From positions 48,484,001 through 48,548,000 of the forward strand of contig OX597824.1 in NCBI GenBank assembly GCA_951406725.2: a DNA stretch of 64,000 nucleotides, written 5' to 3'. Source of the DNA: Octopus vulgaris (taxonomy: Eukaryota). The notes below the pieces were generated by a model. That model searched no databases, was not told the origin of the DNA, and was given only the letters and a program-made list of their open reading frames with translations. The position numbers were made by a program, and so were the translations under genes. Below, piece after piece: positions 43,604-57,867 of this stretch; the stretch's first letter is position 1; each line of letters starts with the position of its first letter.

Positions 43604-44636
43604 CTCGCCCGCCCCGCTTGTATACACACAGCATGGCCGAATATCCCACACGATTGTTTCGCAATGACGAGGTGCCGGGTTCGATCACACGGCGTTTCAT
43701 CATTAGTAAGTATCTTTCCCTTGTAATTTCGGTTCGACCTAAGCCTTCTCAATCAAATTGGACTCAAAGAATCTATTGAGAGACCTACCGAGTGGATTGT
43801 ACATGTAACTGAAACACCCGGCTTTGTCACTCTCCGTGTCACGTTGATTTTTACCTGAGCGTTAAGTAAAGGATTGACATTACTGCAGAATACTCAATCA
43901 CATGTTAATTCAATGAGCATTGAACAACTGATACTCATCGACAAAACTGCATTTACAACAGTACTTTACATAACATAAGAGGAAACGAGATAGAAAAACC
44001 CTTAACTGATAAATATTATAAAGAATTTCTTTAACACACTTAACAGATTAAATGATTAGTTATGGAATCAACAACAAAAGGAAAGTATAACGTAAGCCAG
44101 AAAACTAAGACAGCACAATCTGGTGAGAAATTGCTAACAAATTCCATGACTAGTCTATTTCCTGATTGCTGAAATCTGGCGTTAATGATCAGAAAATTGA
44201 CATATAGTAACAACCAATGAGAAAGAGGGAGACTACGTTCTTCCCATGATTTTCTATGACAACAAAACAGTATTAATAACAATCATGAAATTCATTTGAT
44301 CCAGAAGATAAAACCAGAAAGGTCCTGCAACAAAGATGGATGTCAGTAATTTATTTTTCCAAACATGACAAGACGGATTAACAAAGAGATGTGGAAAGTC
44401 CTTTTAGAAAATTTAAACCAGATCCCTAGTCGTGATACACAGGCGTTCAGAGTTTCTAGCGAGTCGAGGTTATTGTTGAAAGCACTCTTCTAAATTGCCT
44501 CGCTATGGCATCGAACACATGGCCTCATGATAGTTTACCGAACGTTTTCCGCATTGCATCACGTCTGTGTCTATACATTCCACTTCCGGAGAGGTTTGGA
44601 TAGGTCACATGCACTGGCTCTCCTCCTCTTACGATC

Positions 44637-44721
<85 letters not shown>

Positions 44722-44759
44722 CATAATACAGAAAGAGAGAGAAAACGTATATACAAACA

Positions 44760-44857
<98 letters not shown>

Positions 44858-45044
44858 CTACTGCTGTTACACTGCACTCATTCAGTTCATTTCTCTGTTG
44901 GGAGTACAACCAGATTCTGGAAATAAATCGTTGAGAATCATCACCCACGAAATGTTAAAAATTGACTCTATTTATGGTACCAGTGCATAGGTCAAACAAA
45001 TATTTATATTTAAATACACGTGTACACACACACACACACACACA

Positions 45045-45085
<41 letters not shown>

Positions 45086-45799
45086 ACACACATATACACA
45101 CATACGCACATAGCATTACGGTGTTGTCCGGCGAGGTTAATCTTGGGTTAATGTGTTCACATTTTCTTTATATGCCAATTTTGGTCTATTCCGCTTAGTC
45201 TATTCACATAGGCAATGGTCAAAACCCCCAGCTAACTTAATTAGTATACTCTTGTTAAGATAATGTTAACAAACCAACTAATACATCTAATAACATTAAT
45301 TAATGAGTTGCTGGCGGATTGGCATGGAATTGATTCATTACTTTCTCTTTTCCTCCTTCTCCCTGCATTACTCTACTATATTTCTTTTGTTTTTCTCTTT
45401 TACTGTCTTTTGTTTTCTCTATTTTTCTTTATTTTCCATCCTTTTGTTTCTTTCCGTATTCGTTCCTTTTCCCCCTTGTTTTACGACTACGTTCAGCTCT
45501 TGTCTCGCTCCTCTTCTTTCCTAGTGCTTCTAACTTTTCCCTTATTTTCGTTCTTTTGACCCGATCTGGTTCTTTTCCCCCTCTATCTACACTTCACACC
45601 CTGTCACTCTTCGTTTCTTCCGCTGAACATTTAGAACAGCACCCTCTAAACCTTTTCTGTACCACGGAAGGATTTCAAGCAAGACAACTTTTCCGCGTAG
45701 CGAAACATAATAAAATGCATAATGAATTATTTAATTATTACTGATATAATGCATATATGATGTGAAAAGACGCTGCAGATTGCGATAGTCAATAATATA

Positions 45800-46249
45800 C
45801 TCTTTTACTTGTTTCAGTCATTTGACTGCGACCATGCTGGAGCACCGGCTTTAGACGAGCAAATCAACCCCAGGACTTATTCTTTGTAAGCCTAGTACTT
45901 ATTCTATCGGTCTCTTTTGCCGAACCGCTAAGTTACGGGGACGCAAACAAACCAGCATCGGTTGTCAAGCGATGTTAGGACAAACACATACACACAAACA
46001 CACAAACACACAAACATACACACACACAGACACAGACACACACACACGCACACACACACACACACACACATATATACATATATATACGACGGGCTTCTTT
46101 CAGTTTCCGTCTTCCACATCCACTCACAAGGCTTTGGTAGGCTCGAGGTTATAGTAGAAGACACTTGCCCAAGGTGCCACGCAGTGGGACTGAACCCGGA
46201 ACCATGTGGTTGGTAAGCAAGCTACTTACCACACAGTCATTCCTGCGCC
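45800..46249 (-). mobile_element. SINE family A, best-preserved copy
   Basis: Complete head (GGCGCAGGAATGACTGTGTGGTAAG; B-box GGGTTCAGTCCC), internal (TG)n and complete tail. Confidence 0.92.
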
Positions 46250-47362
46250 TATATAGAAATAAACTTTAAAAATCTGTTCTTTCTATGTGACTCTTTAAAA
46301 AATGATCCACTGTACAGTATTGTCTCGTCGCTCGATGATGGCGCCCCCTTATTTAGACTATAAAAAAATGTATAATCTATTGGACATAAACTATACTCTT
46401 TCCCTCAAAATACTCTTGGTGTGTCTTTCAGTTGTAGATACTGTCGTTCTGCTGTAAATTTTTGCCAAAGCGAAATCTAACTCGGTCTTTGTTTTACCTC
46501 TGTTAAGTCACTGAAGATCTGGTAAAAAAAAAAAAAAAAAAAAATTATATATTTTCTGAAAAAGATTCTAAAAACAACATATTCCTATATTATATAGATT
46601 TCAGTTATCCTTAAGCCAGAATACTGGCACACATTGCCGAGTGACTTACTGACTAACTTAATTAGCTACTGTTGGATTTTTAACAGGACTATACCTGCAA
46701 AAGGACACGACCATCTTATCTTGTTAAATAAACAGAACCAAATCTAAGAGTTACAATAAGACTGAAACTGAGAATAGTGCAGAAAATTTCAAGATCAGTG
46801 TAAGTTGAATCTAGTAGCTTGAAATGAAAAAAGGAGTAGATCAAGTATTTATCTCTTGCTTTTGAGGGTTTATTTTAGAAAAGCAACTCGTTACACTAAA
46901 GACAGATTTGTTTTTATTCTAAGTAAAGCGTTAGTTACATTCTTTATAGCATTTTGAGTTCGACTTAGCGATTTTTCCTTCCGAGATTGGGGAAATAAAT
47001 AGCAGCCAGTCGATTTAATTGACTCTCGTTACAGTTAAGGCGTGCGCCTACTTTGGAAATCAAAAGCACAAACGTTTCTGCTTGCTCTCATGTATCTCTT
47101 ACATATTCAGAGATTTAAATTAATAAAGAAAAAAAGGAAAACATTATTCATAAACTCAAATAGTGTGTAATTATTAGAAAGTAAATACAGGGAATCAGTA
47201 AAATGAAACTGCACCAATTTTACATTTCACCATCTGTTATGGCGATGCAGGCTAATTGGACGAAATATAAATAATAATGGTGTCTCTAGATAAGCAGAAC
47301 ATACAATGATGATGAGAAAAAGAAATAGGAGGAAAGAGAGAGAAAGAGAGAGAGAGAGAGAA

Positions 47363-47393
<31 letters not shown>

Positions 47394-47614
47394 AAGAAAG
47401 AAGGAAAAGAAGGGATAGGGAAGATGATGTATTACGTATTTATTCTGAATTACATTATCCTCCTACATTCACCTGTACATGTTTTCAACTATTCCACATT
47501 TTCTTGAAGATAAATATGCTTAAAAAGTAAAAAGTAAATGAATATCGGTAATGGGGGCAATGGAAGCAGTACCATGTGGTTGTAGTTGTTTGCTTTCACA
47601 TACACACACACACA

Positions 47615-47685
<71 letters not shown>

Positions 47686-48200
47686 TAAAACACACACACA
47701 TTCAAACGCACACTAAAGTACATCAACACATGATATCAAATACGCAGCTGCCATGGTCCCGCAGTACATTCTGTCGTATACCTTATGCTGATGACATCTT
47801 CTATCCTTCATTTCCTGCTGGTCTGACATACTTATACCACTCTACCTATTCGTCTTCCTACGTCTAACAACGTTCCCTCTCTCAGACACCTACATCATCT
47901 CTTTCTTTATATGTGTGCGTGTGTGTTTGTGCGTGTGTGTGTGTGTGCGCGCGCGCGTGTGTGTCTATTATTAAGGCGGCGCGCTGGCAGAACTGTTAAC
48001 ACACAGACAAAATGCTTAGCGGCAGTCTGTCTTTACGTCCCGAGTTTAAAAGCCGCTGGGGTCGAATTTGCCTGTCGTCCTTTCAGAGTCGATAAAATAA
48101 GTACCAGTTGAGCACTGATTTTAGATGAATATTGGAACTATAACTATGCTCTTTTTAATGTTTTCTTTTTTTCCAAGTTTTCTGTTTATATTTCAATATG

Positions 48201-49049
48201 AATTCCGGATCTTTATGGTTTTCGTCACTGCTTACAATTTTGTTCTAATTGTTTTCAAATTTGGAATATGGATTAAGTTTTTTATACTAATTATGAAAAT
48301 GAAATTCATTTTCCCAATAAATATATAATCAAAATGTTATTAGCCTTTAAAATTTTCAAAATTTGGGTATTTTAGCTAATCAGAAGCGAGTATTTTACAC
48401 ATCACCGTAGCGAAAAACTCTGTTTCCATAGTAACTAAAGATGCTGCGCATGCGCACAAGGAGGAGATGAGGATAAAGATACTCTTGTGTTTTTCTCCGT
48501 CACAACATATGAATGAGACAGGAAGGGGTGAGGGCAAACCGGTAGTGGGAGCGTTTCAACGCTGTATGAGTATACGCGTGTGTATGTAGAAGGGAGGTAT
48601 GTAAATGTTTGGGTGTATGTATAAAATCCTAGAGTGTATTGCAAACTTTCGTTCTTGAATTTTTCAAACTGTTTTAAACAATGTTTTGACTTATTTCTAG
48701 CAAATTATGTTGGATTTTTGTTTGTTTGTAGCTTTTAAATATTTAATTTGCACGCGAATGTTAACTTCATTCATGTATATTTTAATGTTTTGACTGTTAT
48801 TTCTAGCAATGTTTTGATATGTCGATGTCTCCTCCCCCCACACCCCGATAATGGAAGAAGCAGCGAAGGCGTTATTTTCTGATTGGCTGAAAATTCTGAA
48901 AATTATCAAACTTCGAACACCTGTAGCATTTTTGCAAAATTTTTCTGGAATCAATGAATAACAAATTTGGCTTCAGCATAAAAAATTCTAACTAAAAAAT
49001 TTTTTAAAGGTAATTGTAAACTGACGAAAACCATAAAGATCCTGAATTC
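48201..49049. mobile_element. non-autonomous DNA transposon with ~38-bp TIRs
   Basis: GAATTCCGGATCTTTATGGTTTTCGTCACTGCTTACAATT vs the reverse complement of AATTGTAAACTGACGAAAACCATAAAGATCCTGAATTC; subterminal inverted AGC(T/C)AATCAGAA. Confidence 0.8.
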
Positions 49050-50565
49050 CTTGCAGTCTGTTTGGAATAGTTCACTTCCTAAATTCATCAACCTTTCTTG
49101 ACTTTCTTAGTCTAATCTTCTGAATGAAGTGATATTGGTGTGTATTTAAATCGTTTTTAGTAATAAACAATTTCTTACAAAAGCACTCAGTCAAAAATAC
49201 TTTAGTCATGCAATTCAACATAAAATTATATCGACCCCAGTTGTTAATCGCTTCTAATTTTAACGACTTCAAAACTATGAATGAAGTCAGTTTTTTTGGC
49301 TTTAGAGCTCAGAACGTAAAGGGACATATTTAATTACCAGACAGCATTTTGTCCAGCGCTTTAATGATTAAGACAAACCACCGCTCTTGCCACTTTATTA
49401 ATAACAAAGGACAAGCATGCAAACCTGCAGATAAGCTGTTACTGTCCAATGGGACTTACAAATTCGATTGTATAATGTAACGTTCAAGTAACTTCACATA
49501 AATTCTCATCGAACGATTTTTCTCCCCTACAAATGTCTTTTTTAATATTTTGTTTTCTCTCTGCCCTGCTTATTTTATAAGTTCATATTTGGCTTCGGTT
49601 TTTTTCCTTATCCGTGCATACTTTCTCTTTATATAGTTTGTCATTAACACAATTCCCTTATTATTTTTACTATATCTTACTTGCTTATAAACGTTTATTT
49701 AAATGTGTCTGCCTTGATCATTTGGATTCTGTTCACTTTTATTATAACATTTATCCCGAGTGAGTACTGCCAAATATTGATTTACACTAGCAGGTGTTCG
49801 AAACAGTGTTTAGTAAATATCTGATGAAGACTCAATTTTTTCTATATATCGTCTTTCCTCCATTTTACCCTCTTATTCAGTACCGTGTAATTTTTATTGT
49901 TTTTCTTGCTTTATTGTATAAATTATTGCCGAAAATTATTTTTAGTTCTCATTTCTCCCCAACAAATTTGTATTTTTGGTTCACACAGTCCTGTGTATTT
50001 TACTAGCTCAAGTATAATTTTGGCTTTACTTTTTCATTGCATACTTTTATACATGTACACATGTATCTGTTTGTCTGTCTGTCTGTAAGTATGCATGTAT
50101 GCATGCATGCATGTGTGCATGTATGTATTATGTATGTATGCATTATGCATGTACAAATGTATAAATGCATGTACGTACATGCATGCATACATATATACAT
50201 ATGTAAAGTTGCAATTAGCACGTTCGAGTGTATTCGAACATGTAAGACATTTCGCTGCGGAAATAGTCCCTGGAGAAAATTTTCTGCCTCAACATGAGGG
50301 GAAAACCTTTTTTGGCGTGGGGACGCGGCGTCTATCAGTGAGGTCATTTGATCGTAGGGTGCATGCGTTTTTGCGTCGTTTCGCTACGTCAGCTTCGAAA
50401 AACCAAATCTGCCACTCACAGCTCGATAAGAACAAAACTATTTTCATTAAAAGGAGTACGCAGCACGTTTGCTGATATGCGTAAAGCTTGGGCTAATTCG
50501 AGAATTTTCTCCATCCCACTATCTCTCTGTCTCTCTCTCTTTCTCTCTTACACACAGACACGCAC

Positions 50566-50619
<54 letters not shown>

Positions 50620-50751
50620 AAAGGAAAAATTCAGATCAGACAAACCACTATCAACACATATGTGTGCGGATTTGATCAAGATGAAATTCGTCTAAAATTA
50701 AAGCATATTAATATATATATACATAGATGCGTTTGTATGTGTGCGTGTGTG

Positions 50752-50817
<66 letters not shown>

Positions 50818-51559
50818 TGCGTGCGCGTACGTGTGTGTACGTGCACGTGCGTGTGTGTGCGTACTCGTCTTTCTTTCGGTAGAAATTTGACCGTGAAGCG
50901 AGCACTATCAATAATGAAAATGAAGATATGTCCGATGGCAGAAAGAAACAAAAAATGTAAGTCGTTTTATGATGTTATTTTCTTTCACTGGCGTTAACTG
51001 GATTGGAAACGAACGTAGTTTTAACCAAATGTATATCTGAATAAGAATGGAAGTGCTTGCCAAGAAACAAGATCGTCCTTTAAAGAGACGGAAGATACTA
51101 AAACTTTTAATATTGAAAAACAAGAAAACAGCTCAGCTTATGCAAGTCAGGCACAACATGATGATGTAGGTTTCTTGGATATATATAACACTTTTTTCAT
51201 CAGATACCCTGCAGGAAGAATTGATTGCACTGGTTCGAAGTATTCTCAGAATAGCTAAATATTCTGCTCAATGATTCTAATCAATGAATAAAAGATGTTT
51301 TCAAGTTCAAATTGCATCAGAGAGGCGTTCTCTACAAAGAATAGCTTTAACAATTCAAAATCTTGCGCTGTGTAATACCAACGAATGTCACGTGCACGGT
51401 GTATGAAGCAATTTTAGACATTAAGAAACTTTGATCCTGTTGTGTTTAAAAACATCATCTCGGTAATGTGGGGAAAAGACGGAAATCTTTCTGGATTTTT
51501 GATAAACAAGATTTTATTCTTTTCGTACACAAATGTTTGAATGTTTTTGTTCTTGGTAG

Positions 51560-51850
51560 TAGTCAAAAGGCGAGCAGCTAGTCGTTGTGTTGCTGTCGCC
51601 GATCGGTCATTGTGGTTGTTATCAGCAACTGACCGCATCTATTCGTCGTTCGTCTGCCGTCTCGTCCCTGTTGTCTGTCAATGCTCTCTCAGCTCCATCC
51701 CAAAGCTCTCTGTCTAGTAATCAAAGCGCGCCAAGTTTATACTGATAGTTAGGTTCAGAAGGAAACGCGCCAAAATATGATATTGTCGCTGGAGCCTATT
51801 CCACGCGACGTCATGATTGGTCAGATTTTGTTGATCACGTGGGTAATACT
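51560..51850 (-). promoter_or_regulatory. candidate CpG-rich proximal promoter (2x E2F-like, CRE-like, NF-Y CCAAT, E-box)
   Basis: GCGCGCCAAG (~51726), CGCGCCAAAA (~51766; TTTTGGCGCG on the minus strand), CGACGTCAT (~51806), GATTGGTCAG (~51815) and CACGTG (~51836), in unique CpG-undepleted DNA. Confidence 0.45.
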
Positions 51851-52660
51851 CCAGTGAATTGTGACATCGGATGAAGTGATCTGACTGCTGAACATTCCCG
51901 CTACAGTAATATAGAAAAGAATGGGAGAAAGTATCATATTTATTTCCCTTATTGCTGAATGAAAGCATTAAGCGAATGGCTTCATTTGTCCGCCCAAAAT
52001 TGCTACATAGCATTCATTAAGCCTCACGTTTGATTCTATTCCAGATCAAGTATATCTAAATCAAATGGCAGAAACAGTTTGTTTTTTAATTGATTTTTGG
52101 AAGTAAACCTTATTTTTGTAAAAGCTTCTCTTATAAAAAAAAAAGAAGGTTGTTCTCTCTCTCCCTCTCTCTCACAAAAACACACACACACACACGAACA
52201 CACACACATGTACATATGATACATTTGAATGTATGTCAGTGTGTTTAAGTGAGTATGTAGACTAACTGAAACGCCGGTATTCTCGTCAGCATACACAAAG
52301 ATATTTTCAGTCAAATCTTAATTGACAACTTCATGTGTGTATTACGAAGTATATCTACTCAAATCACTCACGCAATTACATGCAAATAGGATGGAACCGG
52401 CCATTTTTAAAGACATTGACTTGTGTGTTGTTTTCCTCCAACTCATGTCCTATTTGAGCACAGCAATAGTGAACATAAGCAATCTTGTCATGAGTATTCC
52501 AAGTTTTTGTACGTCTAAGACAACATCGTTCTATGTTTTCTGCTTTTAAAACTGCAGCGAGGAGTGATTTTAGGGAAATTTGGCTCAGAGTTTAGTATAT
52601 CGAATGATCACGTAGCAGCTCCGTTGTTGGCTTGTTCCCTTACGTGTTTATCCGTTAAAT

Positions 52661-52962
52661 CAAGGGTCACCAAACATTTTTCTCGGCGGGCCAGATAACT
52701 GAGAGAATGACAAGCGCAGACCGCAAAACCATTTTGTTTAATGCAATACAGTGAATACACAAAAAATAAATACAACCAACATATTTATTTACCAAAATGT
52801 TATCAAAGAAGGTGACGTTAGCAATGTAACACATGGCTTGAAAATATCACACTCAGTGCGCACATATCAGAATCTCACAAACTAAACAGCAAAAAAGGTT
52901 TGTGTGATTTATGAAACTGGTGTTTAGGCCTTGAGATATCAATATTTGGTGTAAATGTGCAC

Positions 52963-53011
<49 letters not shown>

Positions 53012-53196
53012 CGCGCGTGTGTGTGCGTTTTGTGTACTGTAGACGTACTGTAAACTTAACTGATCTGAAGCACAATTTTTTCCATTGGTCCTGAAAAATT
53101 ATCGTTTACCCCTAATTTACTATATTGCATCTGTGGATTCCCCAAAAGTTTTATATGGACCTCCAGGGTCCATATGGACTCCGATTGAGAACCCCT
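52661..53196. mobile_element. hAT-type terminal fragments
   Basis: Left CAAGGGTCACCAAACATTTT..GCGGGCCAGATAA and right GATTGAGAACCCCTG (rc CAGGGGTTCTCAA). There is no matching 8-bp TSD, so these may be two elements. Confidence 0.6.
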
Positions 53197-53467
53197 GTTC
53201 CAGTTTATTCGGCTGGAAATGTGTCCCAACGTGTATTGCTGCAGCTCTTTCTCCTTCCAGCTGTCACATTCCGGATGTTCAGCTTGGTTACAGGAAAAGG
53301 AAATGAGAGGGTGTCTGTATCTCCTTGCAACTAAATGAGCACCTAAAAGAATCAATGAAAACATGGCATATTTTACCAAGCCATCCTCAATTACGAGTGA
53401 CGGCAGCAGTTTTTAACGAGTACGTATATAAATATACACATCTTACAGACATACCTTTCAGATACAA

Positions 53468-53683
53468 TGGTTTCAAGTTTTGGCATAAGGCCAACAATTT
53501 TTGGGGAGGGAGCAAGTCGATTATATCGCCCTTCAGTAGTCGACTGGTACTTATTCTATTGAACCTGAAAGGATGAAAGGCAAAGTCGACCTCGGCGAAA
53601 TTTGAACTCAGAACGCAAAGACGGACGAAATGGCGCTAAGTATTTTGCTCGGCGTGCTAACGATTCTGCCAGCTCGCCGCCTT
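53468..53683 (-). mobile_element. SINE family B
   Basis: Reverse complement of GGCGGCGAGCTGGCAGAATCGTTAGCACGCCG...CTTTGCCTTTCATCCTTTC. Confidence 0.88.
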
Positions 53684-53748
53684 CAGACATACCTTGCATA
53701 TATTACATAACATACATACATGCGTGCATGTGAACATACTATACATTC

Positions 53749-53820
<72 letters not shown>

Positions 53821-54222
53821 CATACACACACGCGCGCGCGCGCACACACACACACCACACAAAATACTATCCATATATATTTGTTTGTATGCAAGTCTAT
53901 AACTTTTCTATCTCCCATAGAGGTGGCCATCTGGATTGGCTAAGTGATCGAATAACGTCTGGTGTCTGCTTTCTGTTTGCGATAAAGATTTTGTTGGAAA
54001 GATAAAAAAATATTTATAGCCAGATTTATAGCTAGAACCACTATCTGCTTTCTAGTTAATGTCTCGACATGGTCTTCCTAGTACTCTGTTGATGATTAAA
54101 CAAGCGCTGAGAGATCAACACTAAATACACATCCATACATCATACAATTAATTGAATTGTTTGCTCTGTGGTGAGCAGCTTAATTTGCCTCACACATTTA
54201 TTGTCATACTCACTACATCATT

Positions 54223-54297
<75 letters not shown>

Positions 54298-54816
54298 ACA
54301 CTTTTATTACGCTGTATCTCAGTGTGAACCAAGTAAGATAAATCGCGATATTTTTGTTAAATACTCACTCCGTTCAGAATATCTAATACTAAACTATTTA
54401 AAAGTAAAGAAAAAGAAAACTAAATTTAAAACCAATAAATATATAGCAATTATATAGCAGAAGGCATATATCAGACATTCAAAAACACAAAAACTGTTAT
54501 CAGTCTTTGTGCGTTTTTGAAATGCTATTTGTCTGCACTGTAGTCGTTTTAGTTTCAATACACGGTCTAAGATCAAATCACTTGCTTAGAGATCTCTGAA
54601 ATAAATATACAATCTTATACAAAATTAATTAGCTCCCTTTGCTTTTCATAATATATTACGTAATTTTTATATCTCAATATTGTTTATTCTTCGACAGATT
54701 TTGAAAAGCAATAAATTCGCTGAAACTATACGGAAGCAGTTTTCTACGGCGACAATACAAAAGTGTTCCTGGAACAGCAGCAACATCTCTAACAACTAAA
54801 CCAACCTTTTTTTTAA

Positions 54817-54863
<47 letters not shown>

Positions 54864-55456
54864 TATATTTAAAACTGTTTGATTCGGTTCCATGCTGTTT
54901 TAAATAACACATGTAACTCCTACTAAATGAGTTGAATGCCTTTTTCTATCGTTTGTTCTCTTGTGTGTGTGTGTTGACTCGAGTGTCCAAACATCTGTGA
55001 AATAGAAGTTAATCATTTGCCTCGAACACAACGAAATCCTAACGGTTCCATTTACATCATCGTTATAGGTGAGCAACGTTCTACAAGTGAATATCGAAGT
55101 ATCTGCCATTAGTGTTTATCATCGGTGCACTATATCGAAGCATCTTTCTGCTACAGATAGCGGATCAATATATCGCTTTCCCCCATATAACATTTACGCC
55201 TGGTTGCACTTAAACTATTGCTATTCTAGTTTACCTCAACTGAAACAATGCCGGCAGACTATTGTGATATTTTAACGATTACAATTAACAACTGCTTTTG
55301 TTCCTCTCAAAGCACGGAAAATTAATTCATTTTCTTTCTGTCTTTCTTTCTTTCTTTCTTTCTTTTTTTCTTTCTTTCTTTCTTTCTTTTCTCTTTCTTT
55401 CTTGCCTTTCTCTTTCTTTCTTTCTTTTCTCTTTCTTTCTTTCTTTTTTCTTTTTT

Positions 55457-55500
<44 letters not shown>

Positions 55501-56419
55501 TCCCATCATTTGCTTTTCATTAGCGTTATGATATTTTTTGGCTTTTCTTTTTCTTCCTTTTGCCCTTTTCAGTGGCAGGTATTATTAGTGGCGAGGATAT
55601 GGATGGGGTGGGGTGGTGGTTGGGATGTTATTTATCATTGTTAATGCTGTTGTTTTCGTTATTGTTGCTATTACTGCTGCTACTGATGATGGCGATGATG
55701 ATGACAACAATGATGATGATGACGATGACGATGATGATGGTGACAAGGAGAAAGAGGAGGAAGAGGAGGGGAATAACGACGATGATGATACTGATAATTA
55801 CGATCCTACTCCCGCGGTGAGACGAGGGTGGAGTCACAAAGGAGAGATGGTGATGGAGGAGGTAGGTGGAAGGTAGCTCAACTAACTCAGATTAAAGAAA
55901 AGATCTATGGCACTAGTGTAACCAACTGTACACAAAGTGCTGACCCAGAAACTCAACAATCCAGATTTTATTTAACTTTGTTCTTTGTCTTTTCTAATAT
56001 AGAAAGGCAAAGATCAATACTGTTTCGTTTCCCAAAAGAAAGAACAACGTTTTTTTAAAAAATTTTTTTTTGTTTGTTTGTACAAAGAAAATCTCTGGGA
56101 TAAGGGTGAATATCACATCCTATTTTCCATCCATCCACTTTGTTAATCTGGAACCTTGCATATAATTCTAAAATAATCACGCAATTTATTAATTGTAAAC
56201 ATTGTGAAATGGATCGAAATTCTACTGAACTGTAGATGCGGCTTCAATTCCCCTTTGAATTATTCAATGTGACTGTTGTAATGATAGGGCAAAAACAGCA
56301 GGGAGGGCTTCTAACTTCTTTACTGTGTATTGGATGTTTTCAAAGCAAACATAATCATTATAGTGTTGATAATTAAGGTTGGTGGATTAAAGAAACGATA
56401 ATTGGAATAATCTAAACGC

Positions 56420-57135
56420 CTCGGGGTATTCAGTTAAGTCGCTTCTGAATCTGGGTTCAAATCTCGTATGAGGTCATCTTTGCTTTTTGTCTCCCTGGGG
56501 TCAGTTAAAACGAGTACATTTCTACTGCTTAAAGCGATCTGTCCTCTTCCTCGAGCATTTGTGACCTTGTGTCTTTGTTAGAAATGATTATATTACTGAT
56601 AGTTACAAAGGTGGAGAGCAGGGAGAATCATTAGCACGCCGGACCAAATGCTTAGCAGCATTTCGTCAGTCCTTATGCTATGAGTTCAAATTCTGCTGAG
56701 GTCGACTTTGCCTTTCGGAGTCGATAAAATAAGTACTAGTTGAGCACTGGAGTCCATGTTGTCGATTTTCCCATCCCCTCAAAATTGCTAGTCTTGTGTC
56801 AAAATTTGAAACCGTTATATCACTGATAGTTGTGGATGGGGCGCCGGACTAAATTCGTTGTGGTAGTTTAATTACGGCATTTTGTACTCTTAATTTAAAT
56901 CCTGATGAGATAATCTTAGCACTTCATCGATAACATTAGCATCAGACATATACTGGTGGAATTACCAATTATGTACCATTGCTGTAGCATATCTACTACC
57001 TTCGGATGGCGAGCCGGCCGAATCGTTAGACCATCGGACAACATTTCCTACGTTCTGCCCTTTGAGTCCAAATCCCATTGTGGTTAAATATTTCTATCCT
57101 TTCGGGGCCGATGAATAATGTACCAGTCATGTACC
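56420..57135 (+). mobile_element. cluster of SINE family B copies of different ages
   Basis: The best copy is 56608-56815; decayed copies flank it. Confidence 0.7.
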
Positions 57136-57508
57136 GCCGATCCACTCAGTCATTTACATTATAAATCAATGAACAATTGATCGAAAACCTAAAACAATAT
57201 TCGTTGTAACCAACGGAGATCCTTTTTCTTCTTTTTATCAGCTTATTCTATCATCAGCAGATTTTCCTACTCATCATTATCGCTATCGTCATTGTCCCTA
57301 TGAAGTTTCTATGTGTTTGATGAAAGGAAAGCCTCAAAGCAAAGAGCTGTGATCAATTGATCTCTGTGAAACGGTGAACAATTCATAAATTAGGTTAAAT
57401 CTAAGCAAAGTCTACATCGATATCTATTTCCCTATTTCTTTCTCTCTTTCATCCTCCTCTCTCTTCTCTCTTTCCCTCTTTGTATGTAAGCATGCATGTA
57501 TGTGTGTG

Positions 57509-57554
<46 letters not shown>

Positions 57555-57558
57555 CACA

Positions 57559-57618
<60 letters not shown>

Positions 57619-57644
57619 CGTATGTATGTACACACATAGACATG

Positions 57645-57867
57645 TAGCAATCCCTCGCCATATCGCGTTTCACCTATCGCGGTTTATTATTTAAGCTTAC
57701 GTCGATTCCTCCGTGATGTTGTTTTAGATTTATAATAAAATAAATATGTACAAATTATAAAAATTATATATATATACATACAGTTCAGTACTGTCTCTAC
57801 TTCGCAGATTTTCACCTATCGTGGTGTGTTTTGGAAAGTAACACCCACGATAGTCGAGGGATTACTG
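57645..57867. mobile_element. pogo/Tigger-like MITE
   Basis: Ends TAGCAATCCCTCGCCATATCGCG / CACGATAGTCGAGGGATTACTG (rc CAGTAATCCCTCG); internal repeat TTCACCTATCG. Confidence 0.75.

Noticed and set aside
55613-55876. Acidic D/E-rich ORF
   Set aside because: Degenerate (GAT)/(GAG) low-complexity DNA without splice or homology support.
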